IMG/VR virus record: IMGVR_UViG_3300023184_000024
Span: 248,001 to 312,000 of that record
Length of the DNA stretch: 64,000 nt
Strand: one strand, 5' to 3'
In this document: piece after piece, positions 37,924 through 46,975 of the stretch
Numbering within the stretch: position 1 is the stretch's first letter
Layout of the letters: each line of letters opens with the position of its first letter
The notes under the pieces: generated by a model
The model's input: only the letters and a program-made list of their open reading frames with translations
Databases searched by the model: none
Told to the model about the DNA's origin: nothing
Position numbers and translations under genes: made by a program

Positions 37924-38302
37924 AATTATTAAGGCAGGTGCTGACATCAATGCCGGTGACGGTGGTTATAGTATAGGCACCGAAGAAAAGTATAACGAGT
38001 TTGCGAAAGGTCGCAATCAATCCATGGGTAAGATGCGAATTAAAGAACTTGCTTTACAGTCTGCTAACGAAATTGCGGATTTGTTTAGTACCGGTTTTTT
38101 TGATGACAGAATGATCAATGATGTGGCAGAGATTAATAAAAAGTTCGCCGAGTTGATTGTGCAAGAATGTATTGACAAGATTGAAACACATCGTATTCCT
38201 GTTGGCAATAGTGCCGCAGGTGAAATGGCATGTGAATGGACTTATGCCGCGTTGAAAGAGATTAGGGACGAGATTAAACAACATTTCGGAGTTGAAGAAT
38301 GA
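37916..38302 (+). CDS. Hypothetical protein, EKFAELIV family copy 2
   Basis: KKFAELIVQEC...IKQHFGVEE. Confidence 0.75.
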   Translation: MNEIIKAGADINAGDGGYSIGTEEKYNEFAKGRNQSMGKMRIKELALQSANEIADLFSTGFFDDRMINDVAEINKKFAELIVQECIDKIETHRIPVGNSAAGEMACEWTYAALKEIRDEIKQHFGVEE

Positions 38303-38496
38303 ACAAACGAATTCGACAACTTGCCGAACAGGCTGGTTACTCAAAAGATTATTTGGAAATAGGACTACCCAGTAATATGGAAAAGTTCGCCGAGTTGATT
38401 GTTCGGGAAATGTTAGTGACTTGTGAAGAACATCCTGCTTGGACTGGTCGTATGATTGCTGAACAGATTAAACAACATTTCGGAGTTGATAACTAA
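38299..38496 (+). CDS. Hypothetical protein, EKFAELIV family copy 3
   Basis: EKFAELIVRE...IKQHFGVDN. Confidence 0.75.
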   Translation: MNKRIRQLAEQAGYSKDYLEIGLPSNMEKFAELIVREMLVTCEEHPAWTGRMIAEQIKQHFGVDN

Positions 38497-38517
38497 AGAT
38501 AGCAAGGACAACAAATC

Positions 38518-38715
38518 ATGGATGTAAGCAAAGTTACCACCTACAACAACGAAATGTACCAGCGCACACAATGCAACCGGCTGGAGCAACGCCACGAAGA
38601 ACGTAGATTAGAAGAACGCCGCAACAAACAATTGGCAGAAATTAGTGAACAAAAACGCATTGAAATGAATCGTCAAATGAACAGAGCAGGTCAGAATGTT
38701 GATCGCATGGCATAA
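38518..38715 (+). CDS. Small charged hypothetical protein
   Basis: 65-aa ORF with AAGGA RBS. Confidence 0.7.
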   Translation: MDVSKVTTYNNEMYQRTQCNRLEQRHEERRLEERRNKQLAEISEQKRIEMNRQMNRAGQNVDRMA

Positions 38716-38766
38716 TAGTTTCCCCGGATAGCCATTATAGTCTAGCTCCTAGGCTATCCGTTTTAT

Positions 38767-38798
38767 ACAGGCGCCCCTAAAAAGGTGCCTGTTTTTTT
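38767..38798 (+). terminator. Rho-independent terminator closing the early block
   Basis: ACAGGCGCC...GGTGCCTGT followed by a T-run; a second 9-bp hairpin CGGATAGCC/GGCTATCCG at 38725-38760. Confidence 0.85.
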
Positions 38799-38829
38799 AT
38801 TTGTAAATATACGACGTGGTAACTATACA

Positions 38830-39369
38830 ATGCAAACAGAATTCCAAGGAAAAACATTTACTGTAGCAGGTCCCACAAACTTGTACAAATGGGCAAAGAA
38901 TTTTGGCAGGCTACAAAGAAATTTCTTTGATGAGGAAGTGGTACTGCGTCGTGACAAACAAATATCTGACTTTGTAAAATTAAATGGGTTTAGTAAACCA
39001 TATCTTGTGATTGACACAGATATATTGCAGTGCCTTGAAGAGTCGGAAGTGCCAACGGTGGACAAAGCAGACATTGTAATAGTCACAGACCAAAAATTTA
39101 GTAGGTATCCTTGTCCAATTATAGTTGAACACATACACCAGTATCTTGACCAATGCGCCAGCTTGTATGTGTGCTTTAACAGTACATACATTAATATAGA
39201 CAATAGTTTTCATGACACCACTTTAAACAATGAATACAACATGGCCATCACAGAGTGGTTAAAAAAGAATGTTGCAGCCACAGTCATTGATTTAAGTTTG
39301 GACATTGAAGAAAAAGGCAAGGCGTTTACTTGGGTAGTGCCAGATAGACATTACTACATCTTTAGATGA
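38830..39369 (+). CDS. Hypothetical protein
   Basis: Likely start 38830; TAAATA at 38804. Confidence 0.7.
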   Translation: MQTEFQGKTFTVAGPTNLYKWAKNFGRLQRNFFDEEVVLRRDKQISDFVKLNGFSKPYLVIDTDILQCLEESEVPTVDKADIVIVTDQKFSRYPCPIIVEHIHQYLDQCASLYVCFNSTYINIDNSFHDTTLNNEYNMAITEWLKKNVAATVIDLSLDIEEKGKAFTWVVPDRHYYIFR

Positions 39370-40058
39370 CAAAAATCATTGAATTCTACAATCACGCAAG
39401 TGTCAAGGATGACTGGAAAACACAGTACATCAAATATCGCATTGGCCGGATTAGACATTATTATTGGTTGTGGAATCGTAAACGCCCAAACAATCTAGTA
39501 ATTGACCAACATGATTTGTTTGTATTACAGAATTGCCAACCTGGCTTTACAGTGTTTTACGGAAGTGCCGGTTATTACCTGCAAGACTTGTTCCCAAACA
39601 TACAAGCAATTGAACATTTTTCCATAGTAAAAAGTTTTTATCCCAACGCAATAGTGTGCCAAGACAAAGATAAACTGGCCGAATCATTGCCACAGTTGGC
39701 CGATAACTTTGCAGTGGTCAACAACAGAGGAGACCATTGGGTAGACAGTGACGGGCTAACTGAGTGGATCAAGCAATACATCAAGGCAATGAACCCTGGT
39801 TGCAGATTTTTTTATAGTTTTAGAGATACGCAAATAACAGGAGTTAACCGTTTACTAGTGGACATTGAACAACACTATTTGGAATGGGCTCAGTCTTTGG
39901 AAGCACTTGGGTTAACATTGGTTTGGTCAGACATCAATTTTAGAAAAAAATTGCCTGATGCCAACGGAAATTACGACACGTTTGAAAACCCAGACTCCAC
40001 AAATGGAAATATCAAGTTTGCTTTTGTCTATCAAGGACAGCCATGGACAATAGTTTAA
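39366..40058 (+). CDS. Hypothetical protein (weak methyltransferase-like hint)
   Basis: ATGA-coupled; MNPGCRFFYSF loosely resembles the LKPGG-type MTase segment. Confidence 0.65.
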   Translation: MTKIIEFYNHASVKDDWKTQYIKYRIGRIRHYYWLWNRKRPNNLVIDQHDLFVLQNCQPGFTVFYGSAGYYLQDLFPNIQAIEHFSIVKSFYPNAIVCQDKDKLAESLPQLADNFAVVNNRGDHWVDSDGLTEWIKQYIKAMNPGCRFFYSFRDTQITGVNRLLVDIEQHYLEWAQSLEALGLTLVWSDINFRKKLPDANGNYDTFENPDSTNGNIKFAFVYQGQPWTIV

Positions 40059-40600
40059 GCATTGTGTGCTACACAGGCGGCACCTGCGGCGATCTTATAA
40101 CTGCACTAATAGATCCCACAGATGTAGTTTTTAGAAACAATGCAATTGTGCATAGCCCAGATCGAATTCGACTAAAACGTCCAGACTTGTTTGACAGCGA
40201 CATAGACAAATCTCTGTACATTGACCAAGTCTCAGAAAAGTACTCTAGTATACCCAGTCACGATCTTGCATATCATATTGCCTGCGACCATTCTTTTGTG
40301 TCTATTGTTGTTGAAGACTTTTCAACAGCATTGTGGGCCGCTCAGAGATTTAAAAAATTACATAGGTCAGAATCCTGGACCAGAATGACAGACAGTTGTG
40401 GAGCAAGCTCAGTAGAGGATTATGCGCAAATACTTGTTGACTATGGACAGTTGGTATCCAACTACACAGACAAAATTATAAAACTCGAATCAATTGTGCA
40501 AGGGCATGCCATACAACAATTAGGCAAAATTGACCTGCCCGTTTCTGACCAAGGCCGGGCTATATATAAAGCCTGGTTAGAAAAACAGCATGACAACTAA
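40043..40600 (+). CDS. Hypothetical protein
   Basis: IVCYTGGTCGDLI N-terminus; overlaps both neighbours. Confidence 0.7.
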   Translation: MDNSLSIVCYTGGTCGDLITALIDPTDVVFRNNAIVHSPDRIRLKRPDLFDSDIDKSLYIDQVSEKYSSIPSHDLAYHIACDHSFVSIVVEDFSTALWAAQRFKKLHRSESWTRMTDSCGASSVEDYAQILVDYGQLVSNYTDKIIKLESIVQGHAIQQLGKIDLPVSDQGRAIYKAWLEKQHDN

Positions 40601-41720
40601 ACCCTTTTGCTACGCCCCTTGGAACAACATTGAAATATTGCCGTCAGGTAATATGTTGCCTTGTTGTAAATTTAAACAGAGTCCTGACGTTTTAAATATT
40701 ACCAAACACAGCATCGAAGACTATCGTAACAGCCCAATGCTGGAATCAGTCAAGACTGATTTTGTAAACGGACAATGGCCAGCAGGATGCGAGCGTTGCC
40801 AAATTGAAGAATCTGTTGGAGTTAAAAGTAAGCGACAACTAGATTATGATAGGTTTAAACACGAGTACGACAGCTACGATTTCAACAACAACCAACTGTT
40901 GACAGCAAGTATTGCCATTGGCAACGTTTGCAATCTCAAATGCATTATGTGTAATCCCTATGCCAGTAGCAAATGGCAAAAAGAGTACAACGACATTTAC
41001 AATGTTAAAATACCTTCTATCGAACGTGTACGGCAAGATTTAATTGATACCTTGGTTGAAATTGCACCTGGACTAATACACATTGATATTCACGGCGGCG
41101 AACCTTTTTTGTCCAACATTGATCAACATCATGCATTGTTGGACCACTACATTCAATCAGGGCAAGCACACAACATCAGTATACATTACACCACAAACGG
41201 CAGCACTTGGCCAAGTCAGGAGTGCTTGGAAAAATGGCCCAACTTCAAAGAAATAGATCTACAACTCAGCATAGACGGAGTTGGTAAACGCTACGAGTAC
41301 ATCAGGTATCCTGCTGATTGGGCAACGTTGCAGAATAACGTTAAAAGATTTTTAGAATATCAGACCAAAAATATAAATTTTAAGATCAGTGTGTCTTGCA
41401 CAGTTAGTGCATATAATATTTTATACCTTGATGAATTAATTGGTTGGTGTCAAAGTGTGGGATTGCCAACTCCGTGGATGGGCAAACTGCACAATCCAGA
41501 ACCACTTCGTCCCACGGTATGGGCAGATCCTGCTCGCACCTATATCATTGACAGCTTGAACAAAAGCCAGTATAATGAAGTAATTAAATGGGCCAATCTA
41601 TTGGAAAGCACTGATGATAGTGCACTGTTTAATGAATTTAAAACAAGAACACAGGTCCATGACCAATACAGAGGACTGTGTTTTACTTCTGTATTTCCCG
41701 AACTAGCCACCTATATATGA
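40590..41720 (+). CDS. Radical SAM protein with an N-terminal twitch/SPASM-like Cys cluster
   Basis: CNLKCIMC (CxxxCxxC), GGEPF, TTNG, LSIDG; N-terminal FCYAPW...PCC...C..C. Confidence 0.88.
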   Translation: MTTKPFCYAPWNNIEILPSGNMLPCCKFKQSPDVLNITKHSIEDYRNSPMLESVKTDFVNGQWPAGCERCQIEESVGVKSKRQLDYDRFKHEYDSYDFNNNQLLTASIAIGNVCNLKCIMCNPYASSKWQKEYNDIYNVKIPSIERVRQDLIDTLVEIAPGLIHIDIHGGEPFLSNIDQHHALLDHYIQSGQAHNISIHYTTNGSTWPSQECLEKWPNFKEIDLQLSIDGVGKRYEYIRYPADWATLQNNVKRFLEYQTKNINFKISVSCTVSAYNILYLDELIGWCQSVGLPTPWMGKLHNPEPLRPTVWADPARTYIIDSLNKSQYNEVIKWANLLESTDDSALFNEFKTRTQVHDQYRGLCFTSVFPELATYI

Positions 41721-43186
41721 AACACTGCACTATTGTAATCAAAGACGAAGTGAATGTCAAGCTCGAAGGGCTTGATTTAGACATGCGTCAAAGATTAACA
41801 AAACAATTCAAATACGAAATACCTTATGCTAGGTATTTGCCGGCAGTGAGACTTGGTCGGTGGGACGGCAAGATGGCCTACTTCCAACTTGGAGGCAGCA
41901 CATTCACTAACTTGTTGCCTGAAATCATTCCCATACTTGATCAGTATAACTACAATGTTGATCTAGATGATCAACGTGACTACTCGGTGTCTTTTGAGTT
42001 TGCACCAATCAAAGAAACTTCATTTGCACACAAGTGTTGGCCCAAAGGCCATCCACAAGCTGGTGAACCAGTTATGATGCGTGACTACCAAGTTGAAATT
42101 GTCAACAACTACTTGAACAATCCGCAATGTATCCAGGAGGTGGCCACTGGCGCAGGCAAAACAGTTATGACTGCTGCCTTGAGTCACAGTATTGAACCGT
42201 ATGGTCGAAGCATTATCATTGTACCAAATAAAAGTTTAGTAACACAAACAGAAAAAGATTATGTTAACTTGGGTCTGGATGTGGGGGTGTACTTTGGCGA
42301 TAGAAAAGAATATGGCCGAACACACACTATCTGCACTTGGCAAAGTCTAAACAACATGATGAAGAACACCAAGTCTGGTGAAGCAGAAGTCAGCATACAG
42401 GACTTTATTGAAGGGGTGATATGTGTCATTGTTGACGAAGTACACATGGCCAAGGCGGATGCGCTAAAAACTCTGTTAACAGGTGTAATGTCTAGAGTGC
42501 CAATCCGTTGGGGTTTAACAGGCACAATACCCAAAGAGAAATTTGAAAGCGTGAGTTTGTTGGTCAGCCTAGGACCAGTCATTAGCCGACTGGCTGCCAG
42601 TGAACTACAGGATCGCGGTGTACTAGCACAGTGTCATGTGAACATTGTGCAGTTGGTAGATCACGTGGAGTACAATGACTATCAAAGTGAGCTTAAATAC
42701 TTGCTTGAAGAATCTGGCCGTTTAGACACAATGGCCAATCTCGTACAACAAGTTAATTTAACTGGCAATACGCTAGTACTAGTAGACCGCACCGAGTGTG
42801 GGCGCCAACTGGTAGAACGCCTGGGAGACAAATCAGTGTTTGTGTCCGGAGCAACCAAGGCAAAAGACAGACAAGATGAATATGATCAGGTGGCGGACAG
42901 TGTTGATAAGATTATTGTGGCTACCTATGGTGTTGCCGCTGTGGGCATTAATATCCCTAGGATTTTTAATTTGGTTCTTGTGGAACCCGGAAAAAGCTTT
43001 GTCCGCGTTATACAAAGCATTGGGCGTGGCATAAGAAAAGCCGAAGACAAGGATCATGTTCAGATCTGGGACATAACAAGCACTTGTAAGTTTGCCAAAC
43101 GTCACTTGACCAAACGCAAACAGTTCTACAAGGAAGCCAACTATCCTTTCACACAAGAAAAGTTGGAATGGATGCGTATTAAATGA
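41717..43186 (+). CDS. uvsW: SF2 DNA helicase (UvsW-like)
   Basis: Start corrected to 41717. MRDYQ, ATGAGKT, DEVH, GLTGT, QSIGRGIR. Confidence 0.9.
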   Translation: MKHCTIVIKDEVNVKLEGLDLDMRQRLTKQFKYEIPYARYLPAVRLGRWDGKMAYFQLGGSTFTNLLPEIIPILDQYNYNVDLDDQRDYSVSFEFAPIKETSFAHKCWPKGHPQAGEPVMMRDYQVEIVNNYLNNPQCIQEVATGAGKTVMTAALSHSIEPYGRSIIIVPNKSLVTQTEKDYVNLGLDVGVYFGDRKEYGRTHTICTWQSLNNMMKNTKSGEAEVSIQDFIEGVICVIVDEVHMAKADALKTLLTGVMSRVPIRWGLTGTIPKEKFESVSLLVSLGPVISRLAASELQDRGVLAQCHVNIVQLVDHVEYNDYQSELKYLLEESGRLDTMANLVQQVNLTGNTLVLVDRTECGRQLVERLGDKSVFVSGATKAKDRQDEYDQVADSVDKIIVATYGVAAVGINIPRIFNLVLVEPGKSFVRVIQSIGRGIRKAEDKDHVQIWDITSTCKFAKRHLTKRKQFYKEANYPFTQEKLEWMRIK

Positions 43187-43196
43187 CTGCCATAGG

Positions 43197-43225
43197 TTGA
43201 CATTTCTAGATTATTAGTTTACAAT
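43197..43225 (+). promoter_or_regulatory. sigma70-type promoter
   Basis: TTGACA, N17, TACAAT. Confidence 0.7.
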
Positions 43226-43231
43226 AAGATT

Positions 43232-43732
43232 ATGAGAATATTAACACTTGACAACATTGCTTACGACTTAGATACACTTCCTGAGGAAGTTGATGATATG
43301 CGTTTTTCCATCCTTGACAATTCTGATCCTACCAATCCAGACTACCATTACATACCGTTGATATTTTTGGAAAGCTTTAATGCACCTGCTTTGGTGTTAC
43401 GCATTGGGGAAGAACAAATACGCATGCCGGTTGATTGGCAAATACTAATTGGCGAGCCCGAAGTGGGTGATTTAGAAATGTTGCCACTAACGTCAATCAA
43501 TGATCGCGGCTTTAAAGCATTTCAATTTAATCCACTAAGTAGTTTCAGGCCCAGTTTTCCTGACATCGAGATTGTGGATGTGTATCACGAAGTGGCATGG
43601 TACGCACCTAAGTTAAAAAATGGACAAATACTTGCTGTGCCATTAAGCAATGATCCCAAGCCAGAGTGTGTGTACTTTGTCAAAGACATTAGCCGTAACT
43701 GTGAGATAGTCGATTACAACAAAGCATGGTAA
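43232..43732 (+). CDS. Hypothetical protein in the replication block
   Basis: 166-aa acidic ORF with its own promoter. Confidence 0.8.
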   Translation: MRILTLDNIAYDLDTLPEEVDDMRFSILDNSDPTNPDYHYIPLIFLESFNAPALVLRIGEEQIRMPVDWQILIGEPEVGDLEMLPLTSINDRGFKAFQFNPLSSFRPSFPDIEIVDVYHEVAWYAPKLKNGQILAVPLSNDPKPECVYFVKDISRNCEIVDYNKAW

Positions 43733-43845
43733 CATGCCTTACACTGGACTGGAAATTTTTGAAGTGATTGCTAGAATTTATTCGGAGAGTTATCCTGACA
43801 ATCGAGAAGGACGCTAGCGGCATTGTTGCCGGGCATGTTTGTAGT

Positions 43846-44127
43846 ATGGCTCTTAAACCAGGCGTCACTTACATCTATGAACGAGCAGATGGCATAGTAT
43901 ATGCCAGAGAATTTGGCGCAAATCCAGATACACGTCAGGTTGTCGGGTATGCAAGAGATCATATTGTGTTCCCCAATGGTGTTGGAAACGGAACAGTATT
44001 TGGCACAGACATACACAAAGTCGGCGAAATGGTTCAAATTTTAGAAGCCGCAAAAACCAATCCTGCTTTACAAGATGCACTTGACCGTGCTATAATAATT
44101 TATAAACTAGCCAACAAAAATGAGTGA
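43846..44127 (+). CDS. Hypothetical protein
   Basis: Likely start 43846 (MALKPGVTYIYERADG). Confidence 0.7.
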   Translation: MALKPGVTYIYERADGIVYAREFGANPDTRQVVGYARDHIVFPNGVGNGTVFGTDIHKVGEMVQILEAAKTNPALQDALDRAIIIYKLANKNE

Positions 44128-44569
44128 CAAACTAAGCATTGCCAATGAGATGAGAATGTTTGACCGAAAGGTTAGAACTTTCTATGATGATCTCACCGAT
44201 GAAGAACGCAAAAAATTCAGTAACTATCTTATGATACGTTGGGGTTCCTGTGTTGATGGCAGCAGAGACATGCAAGAGTTTTATGTGATCTCTACTAATG
44301 AACGATTGAACAAACATTTTTTTAGTATTAATAAACATCCCAAGCTTCAATGGCTTTGCGCTACTTCGGTTAGTCCAGGACTAGGAAGTCAACACCACAA
44401 CTGGATACCCAATAAGAAAAAAGAAGACGGCAGCAATGCTGTAAAAAAAGCCTTGATGGAGTTAATGCCAACTACAAAAATGTCTGATATAGAAACATTG
44501 TGTAAGCTTATCAGTAAAAAAGAACTAAGAGAACTACTCCGTGAGCACGGCGACACCCCCGACATCTGA
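44120..44569 (+). CDS. Possible clamp-loader small subunit (gp62-like)
   Basis: FSNYLMIRW...NERLNKH...HPKLQW...W..KK pattern loosely parallels gp62 family members. Confidence 0.45.
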   Translation: MSDKLSIANEMRMFDRKVRTFYDDLTDEERKKFSNYLMIRWGSCVDGSRDMQEFYVISTNERLNKHFFSINKHPKLQWLCATSVSPGLGSQHHNWIPNKKKEDGSNAVKKALMELMPTTKMSDIETLCKLISKKELRELLREHGDTPDI

Positions 44570-45239
44570 TTACACCTGCAAGTACTGCGAAAAATCTTTT
44601 AGTAGAGAAACCAGTCTGGCAGTGCATGTGTGCGAACAAAAACGGCGCCGCCAAGAAGAAAAAGAAACAGGAGTGCAACTGGGATTACAGTCTTATCTAA
44701 GATTCTACGATCTCACACAAGGGTCGTCAAAGTTTAAAACATTTGATGATTTTGCAAAGAGTCCATACTATCGAGCATTTGTAAAATTCGGCCGGCATGT
44801 ACAAGCAATACGAGCAGTTAACCCAACAAGATTCATTGACTGGGTGATCAAAGAAAATAAAAAAATTGACCACTGGTGTAAAGAAACAGTGTATGCTGAA
44901 TATCTTAATCAGTACATACGTGTAGAAAATGTAGCCGACGCACTTGAGCGTGCAATCAAGCAAGGACTAGCCTGGCACGACGAAACAGGCAATCCACCAC
45001 ACGACTATTTGAGATTTGCCAACCCAAATTTGGTATGCTTTGCTATTACAACAGGTCGGATCAGTCCTTGGATAGTGTATAATTGTGATTCGGGCACACA
45101 GTTTTTAAATTCAATAAATCAAGATCACATAGGAATGATCTGGTCTATCATTGACGCAGATTTTTGGAGTAAAAAATTCAAAGACTATCCAGCTGATACT
45201 GAATACGTTCGTGAAATAATGACCAAGGCTGGCTGGTAA
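44541..45239 (+). CDS. Hypothetical protein with an N-terminal C2H2-like zinc finger
   Basis: YTCKYCEKSFSRETSLAVHVC; TAATG-coupled to the mini-DnaE. Confidence 0.7.
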   Translation: MSTATPPTSDYTCKYCEKSFSRETSLAVHVCEQKRRRQEEKETGVQLGLQSYLRFYDLTQGSSKFKTFDDFAKSPYYRAFVKFGRHVQAIRAVNPTRFIDWVIKENKKIDHWCKETVYAEYLNQYIRVENVADALERAIKQGLAWHDETGNPPHDYLRFANPNLVCFAITTGRISPWIVYNCDSGTQFLNSINQDHIGMIWSIIDADFWSKKFKDYPADTEYVREIMTKAGW

Positions 45240-45808
45240 TGAGTGCAGATATCGACATTGACATGCCGGATAGACAGGTGTTATTAAACTTGATTCGGCA
45301 CACTCCTGCTCGGCAACAAGTAAACGGCACAACTAAAAAACACAACTCCGGGGTGTATGTTACAAAAATACCCTATGATCCTATTAACAACTGCGCTGCC
45401 ATTGAATACCAGGAAGCAGAACAACGTGGGTATTTCAAAATTGATTTATTGAATATGAGTGTGTATCAGTTGATTCGCGACCCTGACCACTACGCCGATG
45501 TGTTACACAGTCCACCGCCGTGGAGTAGGTTATGGGAAGATTCTGAGTGGGCCAAGCAATTAGTACATGTGGGGAACTACTCTGAATTGCTTAAGTCAAT
45601 GCGCCCAGATACCATTCCTAGAATGGCAGCGTTTATCAGTATTATCCGACCAGGCAAAGCACACTTACAAAATAAAGATTGGAAAGAAGTGTTTGATACT
45701 GTTTGGGACGGGGACTCAAGTCAGGGATTTGTGTTTAAAAAGAGTCATGCATTAAGCTATGCGCAGTTGGTTGCATTGCATATGAATTTAACTAGTCAAC
45801 TTTCCTGA
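45239..45808 (+). CDS. dnaE: Miniature DNA polymerase III alpha (family C)-like protein, 189 aa
   Basis: ADIDID, KHNSGVYV, GYFKIDLL, RPDT...ISIIRPG and FKKSHALSY, in the same order as the DnaE motifs. Confidence 0.8.
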   Translation: MSADIDIDMPDRQVLLNLIRHTPARQQVNGTTKKHNSGVYVTKIPYDPINNCAAIEYQEAEQRGYFKIDLLNMSVYQLIRDPDHYADVLHSPPPWSRLWEDSEWAKQLVHVGNYSELLKSMRPDTIPRMAAFISIIRPGKAHLQNKDWKEVFDTVWDGDSSQGFVFKKSHALSYAQLVALHMNLTSQLS

Positions 45809-46169
45809 CTAGTGTGATTGACTTACGCTTACTTTTGCGTTTTATAATGTCATTAAGACTACAAATAGGCCCGTGAAGTATTTCTAAATCTCGATTAGTA
45901 AACGTTCTAAGAGAACTACGAAATGGTTCCCAATCTGATTTTAAAAAGATGTTTATTGGGATAGATCTATTGCTTTCCCACCACCAAACATTGGCTAGTT
46001 CGATGAACAAAGCCTTGAGTACTGGGTCTTGTATGTTACCAAAGTCGTAGATAGTGGTAATAGCATCGTCTCTATTCTGTATAATTCCCACATACTCTGT
46101 GCCGGCGTGAGTGCACAATGTTATAAACGGATATTTTTCGCTTAGTTTCTTAAAGATGTTGTCACCCAT
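45792..46169 (-). CDS. Hypothetical protein
   Basis: 125-aa ORF (WWWESNRSIPINIFLK); minus-strand TATAAATA at 46208-46215. Confidence 0.75.
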   Translation of the reverse strand: MGDNIFKKLSEKYPFITLCTHAGTEYVGIIQNRDDAITTIYDFGNIQDPVLKALFIELANVWWWESNRSIPINIFLKSDWEPFRSSLRTFTNRDLEILHGPICSLNDIIKRKSKRKSITLVRKVD

Positions 46170-46189
46170 AAATATTACTGGAGATTCCT

Positions 46190-46975
46190 ATGTATTCAAC
46201 CACTGCCTATTTATATCAACAAATTCAACAAGTTTTATTGATAGACACCAGTGGGTCTTATTTCAACGTGAGGTGGCAACCAGTGTATGCAAAAAACTTA
46301 AAACTCAACATTGGGGTAGATAATGTTATTCTATTCCAGTTCTTAAATCAGGATCAGAAGCCAGTAAACATCACTGGTGCAACTTTTACTTTTCGGATTA
46401 TCAGTCAGAATGGTGAGAACTTGCTGTATGCCAAAGAAATGGTCAGTCTAAGCAATACTCTTGGGCGGGCAAAAGTAACTATACCTGCCAGTGATTCCGT
46501 TACTTTTCAACAACAGCCTGCTAGCTGGAGCATCGAAGTAAGTTCGGGTGTGCTCAATCAAGCCGTGTTCACTGACGACTATTCAGGCGCTAGGGGAGAC
46601 ATTGACATTGTCAACAGTGTGTTTCCAGCTTTTGTTGCAAGTCAAACATTGACAATACCCAGTCAAGCACCTGAATCGGATACTTATTATTCAAGCACAC
46701 TGACCACTAATGGCTCACGATTGACTACCATGCAAATTGATTCCTTGGACTTCACTGGTAATTTAAGTGTACAAGGATCGTCTGATGCCACAGCAAACAC
46801 AGTAGAGTGGTATAACGTAGATTTCCAAGACTTGGCCACGGGCAACACAGTCAGCGAGCTTGCTTTTACACACAGCACAGAAAAATTAGGCATTAATATT
46901 CAAGGTTACCATCCTTATATTAGATTGGAATTTGGCATCAACAACGGTAACATAGATCTTATCAAGTATCGATGA
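46190..46975 (+). CDS. Putative structural (baseplate/Ig-like) protein
   Basis: Beta-rich, DNVILFQFLNQDQKPVNITG; TAAATA at 46169. Confidence 0.55.
   Translation: MYSTTAYLYQQIQQVLLIDTSGSYFNVRWQPVYAKNLKLNIGVDNVILFQFLNQDQKPVNITGATFTFRIISQNGENLLYAKEMVSLSNTLGRAKVTIPASDSVTFQQQPASWSIEVSSGVLNQAVFTDDYSGARGDIDIVNSVFPAFVASQTLTIPSQAPESDTYYSSTLTTNGSRLTTMQIDSLDFTGNLSVQGSSDATANTVEWYNVDFQDLATGNTVSELAFTHSTEKLGINIQGYHPYIRLEFGINNGNIDLIKYR

Noticed and set aside
43734-43856. Short frame MPYTGLEIFEVIARIYSESYPDNREGR*RHCCRACL*YGS*, suggesting TAG read-through or a decayed gene
   Set aside because: Only 27 codons before the first TAG, no clear RBS and no other sign of recoding. It may be a small gene or remnant, but it cannot be supported without homologues.
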